Origin: a virus
Lineage: Duplodnaviria > Caudoviricetes
Direction: 5' to 3' (one strand)
Virus record (IMG/VR): IMGVR_UViG_3300013102_000008
Coordinates: 1,501 to 65,500 of that record
Length of the DNA stretch: 64,000 nucleotides
The first letter of the stretch is position 1. Each line of letters begins with the position of its first letter. The notes below the pieces were generated by a model. The model did no database searches, was not told the origin of the DNA, and saw only the letters and a program-made list of their open reading frames with translations. This document shows positions 37,245 to 46,169 of the stretch, piece after piece. The position numbers and the translations under genes were made by a program.

Positions 37245-39502
37245 TATTCCGCCTCCTTATTATTGAACCAATCGACAACCGAAACGCCTTCGCCCCACAC
37301 TCGCATGACCTCGATGTCCGTTCCGTTCTTAACGTCGCCCCATCCGTATGATTCTGTCATGAGTCTGCGGATTTGTTCGATATCATCGCGTGTAAAGTCC
37401 TCCGGAATCTCGAATAACAACTCGTCATGTACCGATCCCCACATCCGCCAATCCTCACGCGTCTTGCAGTAACGGTCCGCCTCAATCATCGTTACCTTCG
37501 TTTGTATCGACGAGGATCCTTGTACGCGGGCATTTGTACCTTGACGCATAGCCCGGTTAATCTTCGCGTTATGCCTGCGATACTCTTCGTATTTAGGGTC
37601 GTTCCACTTACCGTACGGGATTTCTTTACGCTTAAGTTTACCGTCAGGCAGGCGCCGTTTACGTTGTTGCTTATCCGCCCATACGAAACCATCTCGTGCA
37701 ACGTCTGCCTCATTCGCTTTCAGCCACGCGGATAGCTTCGGCATCCCACCGAACAACTCTTCTTTAAATGTGGCCGCCTCCGGTTTCTTAAGCTTAAGCA
37801 TATCCGCAAGTGAGAAATCGCTCATTCCGTATAATGTCGCCAGCCATACGACTTTCATCGCTTTTCGTTCAGGCGTATCATCGCCGTTTGGCAGCTTATT
37901 AACTTCGTGGTACGGGCGTTTATAGTACATACTCGCCATATTTGCGTAGGGATCGATTCCCTTTTCGAAAGCTTCGATTAGGACTGGCTCTCCGGATAAG
38001 TACGCGGTGCATCGTATCTCCTGCGCCTTGAAATCGGCACCTATCAGTACTTTACTAGGCGGAGCTATGAACATCTTACGCGCTTCTTTCGGCTGATTCT
38101 GAACATTAAATTGATTCGTATTTTCCTCTTCTTTACCGGAGCTAAACCGACCCGTAACGGTACCCATCGGATTGAATCGCGAATGCCATCGTCCCGTCGT
38201 CGGATTCCGCTTTAACGGAAGCGCGTCAATATAGGTTCCGCTTAGTTTCGTAATCTTCCGATATTCCAGTAGATTACGGATAACCTCGAACTGCGTAGCT
38301 AACGGTTTTAACGTCTTCTTCGCGTCCATATTCGGAAGTTCCTTACCGATCGCTTTCGATAATACGAGTTTCATCTGCGGAGTAGAGTTTAGGTTTAATT
38401 CTTCCGCGCCTTCGTGATATTCCGTTAATGTTTCGATAAGATACGCGTATAACACTTTTGCTCGGGCGCCTAACGTTTCTCCGTATTGCTTGGCGAAATC
38501 CAAGTCGAGTATATATCCGTTTGCTTCCAAATCGACGATTACATAAAGCAACGGAACTTCGACCGTCCGGTAATATTCGATTAATGTCGGAAGCTTATCG
38601 AAGTGCCTCCGCTGGAACTCGTATAGTTTCCACGTCAATTCCGTATCCTTTGCTGCGTATACTAGCGCGATATCAATCGGAACCTCACGGAACTGCGCGT
38701 TCTTACCGAACAAGCCTTCGAATGTATCCGACGGTACTCGCAGATATTTCGGCGCGAGATCCTTTAACCGGAATGAATCCTCGTTCTCGTTTAGCATGTG
38801 CATCGCGGTCATCGTATCCCATATTACTCCGCGTAAATCCGAGTTGTGGCGACGAAACATTGCGATATCAAATATAGCGTTATGCAGTACCTTTCCGATA
38901 TCTTCGCTATACAACACGTCCTGCAGCTCGCTAAGAACGTACTCCCTCGAAAGCTGCTCGATATCAACGTGATCGACCGGAATGTATACGTGCTTACCCT
39001 TGTCTACGCAAGGAATTACGAGTACTGACGGAAGTGTGAACGATATACCAACGATTACGTCCGTGTAAACGTCAACGCCGGTTGTCTCCGTATCGACCGC
39101 GATCTCTACTTCGTTTTTCAACTCGGAGATTAGCGCGGATAGTTGTGCCTCCTTCGTAATTAAGAAGTAGCTGGCCGGTCTTTCATCGACCATTCTCCGC
39201 AAAGTATCGGCGCGTGTCATCTCCTGTAAATCCGACCACATCCGCATCGCTTCCGCCTTACTAAACCGCTTGCCAACGCTGGACGGATGCCTGCCTAGAG
39301 TACCCGTCACCATAGCGTTCTTAACCGCAAGCAATCGTCCACGGTCGATATCACTGTTCTTCATCGCGATTATACGTAACCATGCGTCCTCAATCGTTTC
39401 TGTAGCGTCTTTCTTTCGCTGTATAGCGTCCTTCACGCGTTCCTTAACATCTTCGTCCTCTACGGGAGGCGTTCGTATATTAAGCGTTAGTTTAACGTCT
39501 AT
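37244..39502 (-). CDS. polA: Family A DNA polymerase with 3'-5' exonuclease (proposed ATA start)
   Basis: VDTETTG, HNAIFD, YAAKD; TVTGRFSS, NVQNQP, ADFKAQEIR, K...LATLYG, NARVQGSS, VHDEL. Confidence 0.95.
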   Translation of the reverse strand: MDVKLTLNIRTPPVEDEDVKERVKDAIQRKKDATETIEDAWLRIIAMKNSDIDRGRLLAVKNAMVTGTLGRHPSSVGKRFSKAEAMRMWSDLQEMTRADTLRRMVDERPASYFLITKEAQLSALISELKNEVEIAVDTETTGVDVYTDVIVGISFTLPSVLVIPCVDKGKHVYIPVDHVDIEQLSREYVLSELQDVLYSEDIGKVLHNAIFDIAMFRRHNSDLRGVIWDTMTAMHMLNENEDSFRLKDLAPKYLRVPSDTFEGLFGKNAQFREVPIDIALVYAAKDTELTWKLYEFQRRHFDKLPTLIEYYRTVEVPLLYVIVDLEANGYILDLDFAKQYGETLGARAKVLYAYLIETLTEYHEGAEELNLNSTPQMKLVLSKAIGKELPNMDAKKTLKPLATQFEVIRNLLEYRKITKLSGTYIDALPLKRNPTTGRWHSRFNPMGTVTGRFSSGKEEENTNQFNVQNQPKEARKMFIAPPSKVLIGADFKAQEIRCTAYLSGEPVLIEAFEKGIDPYANMASMYYKRPYHEVNKLPNGDDTPERKAMKVVWLATLYGMSDFSLADMLKLKKPEAATFKEELFGGMPKLSAWLKANEADVARDGFVWADKQQRKRRLPDGKLKRKEIPYGKWNDPKYEEYRRHNAKINRAMRQGTNARVQGSSSIQTKVTMIEADRYCKTREDWRMWGSVHDELLFEIPEDFTRDDIEQIRRLMTESYGWGDVKNGTDIEVMRVWGEGVSVVDWFNNKEAE

Positions 39503-41160
39503 TTGCGTTCACCTCCTGCGGTTGTTGCGTTGAATAGCGATTCTACTGGCGCGATTAATTTAACGTGTGTCCATAGCGTTAACATCTCTCCGTCACATAG
39601 TGCATTCATCCCGGGCATGTCCGAACCGTCAGCGTCCTCGATTATTCCGATGACTCCCTTTCTATGTCCGCTATCGACTCCGAGAGACTCTACGACATCG
39701 CCCGCCTTATACTCGCCTACCTTCCGTCCGATTGCGCTCCATTTTGCTTCCTCCGCTAACTTGGCGAGTTCCTCTGCGGCTTCGCGTTCTCCGAGTTTTT
39801 CGATGTTCTTCGTGGCAATAAATCCGGTACCTCCGATACTGATGCGGTTTACACCGAAGTCGAACGAGCCACCGCCTACTTCCACTTTCGTAATCTTGAC
39901 GATGTGTCCTACGCGATGTTCGTAGTTGTCCGAGATAACCTTCGCAAAGTCGCCAACTTCGAATTTAAGCGCAGGTTTCGTAAGCTTCGCGATTTCAGCT
40001 TCGTATTCTTCCTGCGTAATCTTACGGAGTGCGTCCGCGTTGCAGAATCCGCGATTTCCCCGTTGGGTTTCGACTTTCAGCGCGCTACGTCCACCGCCAT
40101 CTTTAGTAGTTACGGTAACGTAATCCCCGGTTTTAAATCCGCATAAACTCCCCTTCGTTTCGTCCACAACGACCGCATATCCGCCTTCCGCAAACTCTCC
40201 GATAGCTTTCGTACGTTCAGCGGTCTTTTTAGCGGCGGTGACTTCTGCGTCGGTTGCGCGGATGAAACGTTCGTTATACATTCCGTATTTGCGTCCGTCA
40301 AATGTTGAAACGTCGATTCCCCATCCGCTTCTCCAATACCCGTTAATAACGCCGATGTCTCCGAGTTTCGCGTTTCCGCTTCCGGCTTCACTGATAACCT
40401 TCGCATACTCTCCGACTTTCAACCGTTCAGGCTGCGTCGGTTCCGCTTGCTCAATCGGTTCGAGTACGACGTATTCTTCTTCCGCGATATATCCGTCTTC
40501 ATTTCCGCCCACTTCCGAATGCGTCCTAACAGCGTCAACCTCGGCGCCATACGTGGATTTGCGGTCAACTACGAACTCATCTCCGTTGCCATACTTTCCG
40601 AATGTACCGCTCGCGGCTACGATCTTAATACGTTCGCCTACGTTGGCCTTACGTTTAACCTCGCGATACTTAATAGGTGCTTCCGTGATAATAACGTACT
40701 CAGTCGTAGCAATCGGACGGTTATGCTCCGCTACGAATACTACACCATCGAAGCGTACAGTTTTTACGACAAACTCGTCACCGTCGCGATACTTACCTTC
40801 CGTTCCCCACGCGGCTACGATTTTAATACGCTGTCCTACTTTAGCGTCTATTTTATTGACTCCGAACGGATTCTCTACTAACTCCGCATCGGATGGCTCC
40901 GTTACCTTTTCGTAGACTTCATAAGTGTCTCCGCAGGTATCGTACTCGTCGCCGTCATTATTCGTAATCTGCGGATCATTCACGTAGTCAACGGAGTCAA
41001 CTGCGTAGAATGCGCCACTCGTTATATGACCCGCGGTTTCTCCGAGTGTTTCCTTAATCTTGATAATATCGCCCACCTTCGCGCTACGTTCCACCTTACG
41101 GTATTTAACTCCGCCAACCTCTACGTCAACACTCGGAATTACTACGTTTAATTTCGCCAT
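39499..41160 (-). CDS. Large protein built of about 8 tandem SH3/KOW-like beta modules
   Basis: Repeats: KVERSAKVGDIIKI, AKVGQRIKIVAA, KRKANVGERIKIVAA, LKVGEYAKVI, FEVGDFAKVI, YKAGDVVE. Confidence 0.75.
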   Translation of the reverse strand: MAKLNVVIPSVDVEVGGVKYRKVERSAKVGDIIKIKETLGETAGHITSGAFYAVDSVDYVNDPQITNNDGDEYDTCGDTYEVYEKVTEPSDAELVENPFGVNKIDAKVGQRIKIVAAWGTEGKYRDGDEFVVKTVRFDGVVFVAEHNRPIATTEYVIITEAPIKYREVKRKANVGERIKIVAASGTFGKYGNGDEFVVDRKSTYGAEVDAVRTHSEVGGNEDGYIAEEEYVVLEPIEQAEPTQPERLKVGEYAKVISEAGSGNAKLGDIGVINGYWRSGWGIDVSTFDGRKYGMYNERFIRATDAEVTAAKKTAERTKAIGEFAEGGYAVVVDETKGSLCGFKTGDYVTVTTKDGGGRSALKVETQRGNRGFCNADALRKITQEEYEAEIAKLTKPALKFEVGDFAKVISDNYEHRVGHIVKITKVEVGGGSFDFGVNRISIGGTGFIATKNIEKLGEREAAEELAKLAEEAKWSAIGRKVGEYKAGDVVESLGVDSGHRKGVIGIIEDADGSDMPGMNALCDGEMLTLWTHVKLIAPVESLFNATTAGGERK

Positions 41161-41379
41161 CTATACGATTCCTCCTCGATTATCTATCGTTCCTTTACCG
41201 TCATATATCCGTCCGTATGCGTATTCCTCTACGCAATCTAAGTTGTCATGTACGAAGACACCCTCGTGTGTACTCCGTACTTCGTCACCTGCGTAGATTT
41301 CTCCGCGACACCATTCGCAGGTTGCTACGGCGCGGTCGTCCTCATCCGGTAGTTTAAAGCGGTCAAATTGCGTATCCAT
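41161..41379 (-). CDS. Small Zn-binding hypothetical protein
   Basis: ATG 41379; CEWCRGEIYAGDE...VH..DC. Confidence 0.6.
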   Translation of the reverse strand: MDTQFDRFKLPDEDDRAVATCEWCRGEIYAGDEVRSTHEGVFVHDNLDCVEEYAYGRIYDGKGTIDNRGGIV

Positions 41380-41813
41380 TACGATACTGCCTCGCCTATT
41401 ACCGCGTCGAGTAAGTGTAGCTGACGGTTGAGTCCGATGCTTAATTCGACCCAACGCTCCGACGCCTTCGCTTCGCTGCACCAGTACTCCGTTATCATCC
41501 GATTCTCAAACATGAATACGCGCGGTGTCTCGCCGTTCTCCGCCCAAACGCCGATTAATAAATCCGCCTCGGATCGGTCATAAACGGTTCCGTTACCTTT
41601 TGTCGCGTATACTACGAGGTCGCCTCCGCGGTCATTACGTTGCCTAATCGTTTTGACCTGAATCTTCGTGTATTCTCCGCTTATCGGATCAGTCGCGAGT
41701 ATATCGTACGTTTCCGCCGTCCGCGCTTCGTGGACCGTCCATCCGTTAGCCAGTAGCGCTAGTTGCGCCACCAACTCCGAATACTTACCGGTAATTTCTG
41801 TGATATGTGCGAT
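41379..41813 (-). CDS. PD-(D/E)XK nuclease-family protein (proposed ATC start)
   Basis: GKYSEL.A...L...GW.V, YDIL, KIQVKT. Confidence 0.7.
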   Translation of the reverse strand: MAHITEITGKYSELVAQLALLANGWTVHEARTAETYDILATDPISGEYTKIQVKTIRQRNDRGGDLVVYATKGNGTVYDRSEADLLIGVWAENGETPRVFMFENRMITEYWCSEAKASERWVELSIGLNRQLHLLDAVIGEAVS

Positions 41814-41876
41814 GCTATCACGTCTCCTCTTCGTTATATTTGCGTGCATATTCCGATACTTAACGCGTCTCCGCGG

Positions 41877-42689
41877 TTAGAAGTTAATTTCCGGAGGCGC
41901 GTTCTCATCGGTGATTGGCGTTGAGTCGTCCGGTTGTTGCGATGATGCTGGCGGAGTTGCTCCGCTATTGGCTCCGATGGATAATCCGAGTCTTCCGATA
42001 TCGAATCCGGCTATTACGAGATTCTTCGTTTGTTCTGCGTCATCTGCTACGTATAAGCACGTTTCGAATGATGCAAGGTCAAACGGAGTCTCTCCGAGTT
42101 TAGCGAAGTTAGCGCGTTCCTCTTCCGTTAAATCGCGTATCATCTTAACAATAACGGATAGCGATACGACCGCATTTTTACCTTCGCCTTTTTTAGCGAG
42201 TTTAAACGCGACTACTTCGAGGTCTTCTATATTCTCTTCAATTACCGCTTTCAACGTAGCTTCCTGTGTTGGCGAAATGTCTACCGCGATATCCTTACCG
42301 GTTGTTAAATCGTAGAATGCTCGTAGATAACGTTTCTTACCGCGGAATAATCCGGCCTCATCCTTAATCGCTTTAATGTCCGCCTCACTAGCACCGCCTT
42401 CTTCCGATTTCTTGGCGTCCGCATACAATAAATCTGATGCGCGATCCCATATAGACGGTGCTGACTCGATATATCCGCGTACATTACGTACGGCGGGATT
42501 CTTTGGTACAAACGTATTTACTTTCTTGTAAATACCGTAACCATAGTATTCCGCGACATCGTTAATGGACTTTACTCCGACCTTAATCGTTGTGCCCGAC
42601 TTGAACGATGTGATAGGACTATCCTTGTCGCCCCCGTTATTCCCCGTTGCTTGCGCGGCTGCTTCACCCATCTTCGTGAATATTGACAA
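41877..42689 (-). CDS. Putative single-stranded DNA-binding protein
   Basis: 270 aa, acidic flexible C-terminus ending in F; in replication cluster; strong RBS. Confidence 0.5.
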   Translation of the reverse strand: MSIFTKMGEAAAQATGNNGGDKDSPITSFKSGTTIKVGVKSINDVAEYYGYGIYKKVNTFVPKNPAVRNVRGYIESAPSIWDRASDLLYADAKKSEEGGASEADIKAIKDEAGLFRGKKRYLRAFYDLTTGKDIAVDISPTQEATLKAVIEENIEDLEVVAFKLAKKGEGKNAVVSLSVIVKMIRDLTEEERANFAKLGETPFDLASFETCLYVADDAEQTKNLVIAGFDIGRLGLSIGANSGATPPASSQQPDDSTPITDENAPPEINF

Positions 42690-43158
42690 TTCGCAACACT
42701 CCTCGTTTATAATTTGTGACGGCTACTTACTCTGTTCACGGTCTTATTTAACGTCCTCCCGGCGAGGAATCCACCGCCGTCTTAGCGGATAGCTTGCGCT
42801 CTAACTGGCGTAATAGATGCGGACTACATGGCGTCCAACTCCTCGTTTATAATTTCGGTACATAGGATTGCGCTCGTCTACGTGTCGACTCCGTAGATTC
42901 GCGTCTTACTCTTCGACCCGGACTCGGATGGATGCGTCTTTTCGCTTATCTTAAATCTACGCAATCACGTCCGTTGTACGTATACTCGGGACAACCTCGT
43001 GTTAACTCCGGTTTTACGCGTTGACGTGGTTAGGCGTCAATAATGCGCGGCTCCTACGTCCGCGGCGCGGCACTAACGTATAATCTCGCGTGAGTCCGAG
43101 ATGGCATGACCGCCCTTCAACGTTAGCACCGCGCAGCCGACGTAGGATGTACGAAGGC

Positions 43159-43725
43159 TTAAATATACGCGACTATTCCTTTCGCCAGCATCGATTTCTC
43201 ACGCTTAACTTCGAATATCTGCGCTTGATAGCGTGCGATCTCCGTGTCTACTTCGTTAATTTTAGCGGTCAATTCCGTCATCAACTTCTTTGACGTGGTT
43301 TTAGCGCGGCGTAACTCGTATTGTGCGCGTTCAACGGATATTTCCGCGATGCATATGCTGATACGTTTAATATCACGCGTTTCCTTCCGTTTTGCGGCCT
43401 TTAATATGCGGTTTAGCACCTTTTCGATGGGATCACGTAAACTCGCGGATGCCTGATTACGCGGATATACCGTTATTACCGTCGGCGAATCCGGTGCGAC
43501 TACGATTGCCATACGTTGATATGCGTACAATTTACTAGGATTACCGTCGTCTCCGATAATGTCGTCTATATATGAAGCTTTCCGTAGCTGCGACATTACG
43601 TAGCTTGGCGCCTTCGCACGCTCAACTCCGAAATCCTTCGTAGCTTCATCGCAAGCATGCGGAGTTACGAATATTTTTAGCGCGTTAAAATGCGTACCGG
43701 AGTGTGGATCGATTACGAGACTCAT
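43159..43725 (-). CDS. Hypothetical protein (N-terminal RelE-like fold possible, C-terminal coiled coil)
   Basis: VTPHACD...VITVYP then heptad-rich helix. Confidence 0.6.
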   Translation of the reverse strand: MSLVIDPHSGTHFNALKIFVTPHACDEATKDFGVERAKAPSYVMSQLRKASYIDDIIGDDGNPSKLYAYQRMAIVVAPDSPTVITVYPRNQASASLRDPIEKVLNRILKAAKRKETRDIKRISICIAEISVERAQYELRRAKTTSKKLMTELTAKINEVDTEIARYQAQIFEVKREKSMLAKGIVAYI

Positions 43726-43895
43726 GCGATGCGCACCGCCCGTATCGGCTCTCTATCTGCGCGGTAACAGTCCGCAGAATCCTCGTATTCTTCGTGAGTT
43801 CCGTTGTATAATGTGTCCATTTCGTTAACAAGCGTTGAATTGCGTTGAGAATGCGGAACCATTGCGTTGGACTTACGTATAGTGATATATGGCAT
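43722..43895 (-). CDS. Hypothetical small protein
   Basis: GGAGG RBS before ATG 43895; overlaps next start. Confidence 0.45.
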   Translation of the reverse strand: MPYITIRKSNAMVPHSQRNSTLVNEMDTLYNGTHEEYEDSADCYRADREPIRAVRIA

Positions 43896-43935
43896 AGCGA
43901 TTATCCTCCGATTATTGGTTATTGTAAAAAATAAT

Positions 43936-43965
43936 TGACAACGGTGGGACGCGTGACATATAATG
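43936..43965 (+). promoter_or_regulatory. Consensus SigA promoter facing the 3' end of the sigma-like gene
   Basis: TTGACA-18 bp-TATAAT. Confidence 0.6.
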
Positions 43966-44073
43966 TAAAAAGTGAAGAATACATTGATCATGCGTCACCA
44001 TTATCGTGTTTCGACGCAATGCCTATTCGCCGAAGCCGGTTTAAAAACGAAACTACGTGTTATACTATAAGCG

Positions 44074-44706
44074 TTAGACTGCGATTATATCGCGGATGTC
44101 TCCGAAGCGATTCATATCAAATTGGCGGCCTAACTTGCGTAACTTACGACTAACGGTTTCATGATGTATGCCTAATGACTTTGCAATTGCATTAGGTGAA
44201 GCGTTTAGCGGCGCAGTTTCATATGCTTCGATGATTGACGTCATCGTGGTGCTGGTCTTGACGGACCTAGTAATGGAGTCGATCAGTTGGCGCTGGTCGG
44301 CTTCTTTTAATCTTTCAAACACAATTTCTTCTGCGGATGGATACCCTTCAGCAAGGTACAGTAACTTTTTTACCTCATTATCTTCTGACTCATCGGAGTC
44401 AATTGCTAAAGCGAATCTCTTTCGCCGTCTTCCGTTTCCTCTACCTATTTCAAGTTGGCACAGGCTTAAGGCTTTAGAAAAGGTAGCGCCGAAGCTTATT
44501 AAGTCATCTCGTTTGCTTAGCTCCATAAACGTATCATTAAAGTGACTATCAGCATCATGCTCGTCCCCACTGCCAGAGGCTCTTGTTACTTCTCGGTTCA
44601 TTCGCTGGAATAAACGTACCGCTTCGTGATACAATTCATTAAATGTAACCTCGCACCGATTAAGGCGGTGTATTTCAGACAAGCTATTAAGTTTTACTAT
44701 GTCCAT
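44074..44706 (-). CDS. Phage sigma-factor-like / HTH transcription factor
   Basis: ECF-like layout (FNELY..., DADSHFNDTF, SAEEIV) and C-terminal HTH SPNAIAKSLGIHHETVSRKLRKL. Confidence 0.65.
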   Translation of the reverse strand: MDIVKLNSLSEIHRLNRCEVTFNELYHEAVRLFQRMNREVTRASGSGDEHDADSHFNDTFMELSKRDDLISFGATFSKALSLCQLEIGRGNGRRRKRFALAIDSDESEDNEVKKLLYLAEGYPSAEEIVFERLKEADQRQLIDSITRSVKTSTTMTSIIEAYETAPLNASPNAIAKSLGIHHETVSRKLRKLGRQFDMNRFGDIRDIIAV

Positions 44707-44745
44707 CCGTTTCTCTCCTTGTATGTTTCATAGTTTTGTTTGTCC

Positions 44746-44790
44746 CTTACATATACATGTTGCCGACCGAAGGTAGTTTCGCACACTTTT
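44746..44790 (-). promoter_or_regulatory. 45-bp conserved phage promoter-like motif, copy 2
   Basis: CTTACATATACATGTTGCCG-N13-TCGCACACTTTT on + strand; 40 bp upstream of the sigma-like gene. Confidence 0.75.
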
Positions 44791-44875
44791 TATAAAATAT
44801 ATTTTAAAACTTCATACGGATTGATAGAATTGGACAAGTCTTCCATGCGTTACTAATCGAGTATACTCCGCCTTG

Positions 44876-45859
44876 TTAGCGTATACAACGTATATTTACC
44901 GCTATATTTCGACATTTCGTACCGTCCGCATAGGCCCTCCGTATAGCCTCATAATCACGCCAATCATTCACATCTTTAAACAACGGATTAACACTCGCTA
45001 TACGCAAATCAAGCTTGCGACATAATTCGCGATTGAGAACGCCTTCCCACGTTTCGCCTGCCGTATCATTATCACGGAACAGCGTTAACTCTTCGATAGG
45101 CGACCGCAGTATCAAACCACGCTTGGCTTCGTTGAACGCCGTACCTCCGGTTGCTATCGCCGGTATCCCCGCAGACATCAACGTCATCGCGTCCACTTCC
45201 GCCTCTACGATCGCAGCGCGCGTAATCCTCCGCTGATATATAACGTTTATTCCGTAAATCATTTCTCGGATCGGACGCGCTCCCTTTTCGTACCAGAACG
45301 CTTTACCTTCGATTTTGCGATATTTAACGTTGCCGAGCGTACCGTCCGGATTAAACCACGGAATTGTAACTGCGCGTCGCTGGCGGTCGTATCCTACGCC
45401 GAGTAATCGCTGTACGCCTTCGCTGATACCACGCCCTCCGAGATACGGTGAGCGGAACTTATAGCGGTCGAGTATCGCGCTATTTATCGAAGTAATCCGC
45501 GGCTTGTCCACCGTTAACTTCGGAAGTTTCAACGTAAACTCGGCGTTAGGGTCCGCAGCGCTTCCGTACATCTGTGCCAGGTAATCGCATGTTTCCTCGT
45601 ATGTCTCATCGCGCAAGAAGCTAAGTAACTTTACGAAGCCGCCACGCTGATACTCCGGATCATCCGCACCACTATCGCCCCAACATCCGTATGCGTCGTT
45701 ACCTTCATCGAGGATGACGTAGAAGGCGGGATTGCGGTCGTAATAGAACGGTGATGATGCGATTAGGCGCGTTGTTGACCATACCGCGTTAACCCACGGG
45801 AAGTCTTCGAGTTCGGCGCGTACATCGATATCTAGCGGTTCTCCGCGTATATTAATCAA
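44876..45859 (-). CDS. DNA primase (TOPRIM)
   Basis: YLGGRGIS, IPW, IVEAEVDAMTL, FRDNDTAG, KDVND. Confidence 0.88.
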   Translation of the reverse strand: MINIRGEPLDIDVRAELEDFPWVNAVWSTTRLIASSPFYYDRNPAFYVILDEGNDAYGCWGDSGADDPEYQRGGFVKLLSFLRDETYEETCDYLAQMYGSAADPNAEFTLKLPKLTVDKPRITSINSAILDRYKFRSPYLGGRGISEGVQRLLGVGYDRQRRAVTIPWFNPDGTLGNVKYRKIEGKAFWYEKGARPIREMIYGINVIYQRRITRAAIVEAEVDAMTLMSAGIPAIATGGTAFNEAKRGLILRSPIEELTLFRDNDTAGETWEGVLNRELCRKLDLRIASVNPLFKDVNDWRDYEAIRRAYADGTKCRNIAVNIRCIR

Positions 45860-45909
45860 TCGTGTCCCCTCCTTCGGGATTATTGTGTGGTATCTTCGAA
45901 CTGTGAAGT

Positions 45910-46116
45910 TTAACTTTCACTAATCCAATTTATTCGTTTTCCTTTAAGACCTAATTCTCTCCTAATAATTGTCGAACAATCTTTTAGGCTATAGGCAAAT
46001 GTAAGATTGCGGTAAACTTCTTCATTACCCTTATATATCGATAAATCGAATTTTCCTTCCCATTCCAAACTCTTTGCGGTAAATCCATTTATTTCTGTCC
46101 AATATTTTTTAGTCAT
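45910..46116 (-). CDS. AT-rich hypothetical protein (cassette-like insert)
   Basis: 68 aa, AAGGAG RBS, low GC, between helicase and primase. Confidence 0.65.
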   Translation of the reverse strand: MTKKYWTEINGFTAKSLEWEGKFDLSIYKGNEEVYRNLTFAYSLKDCSTIIRRELGLKGKRINWISES

Positions 46117-46169
46117 ATCCCAAACTCCTTCCTTCGCAGTTTTTGTCTCTATACCCGTTCTGTTATGGG

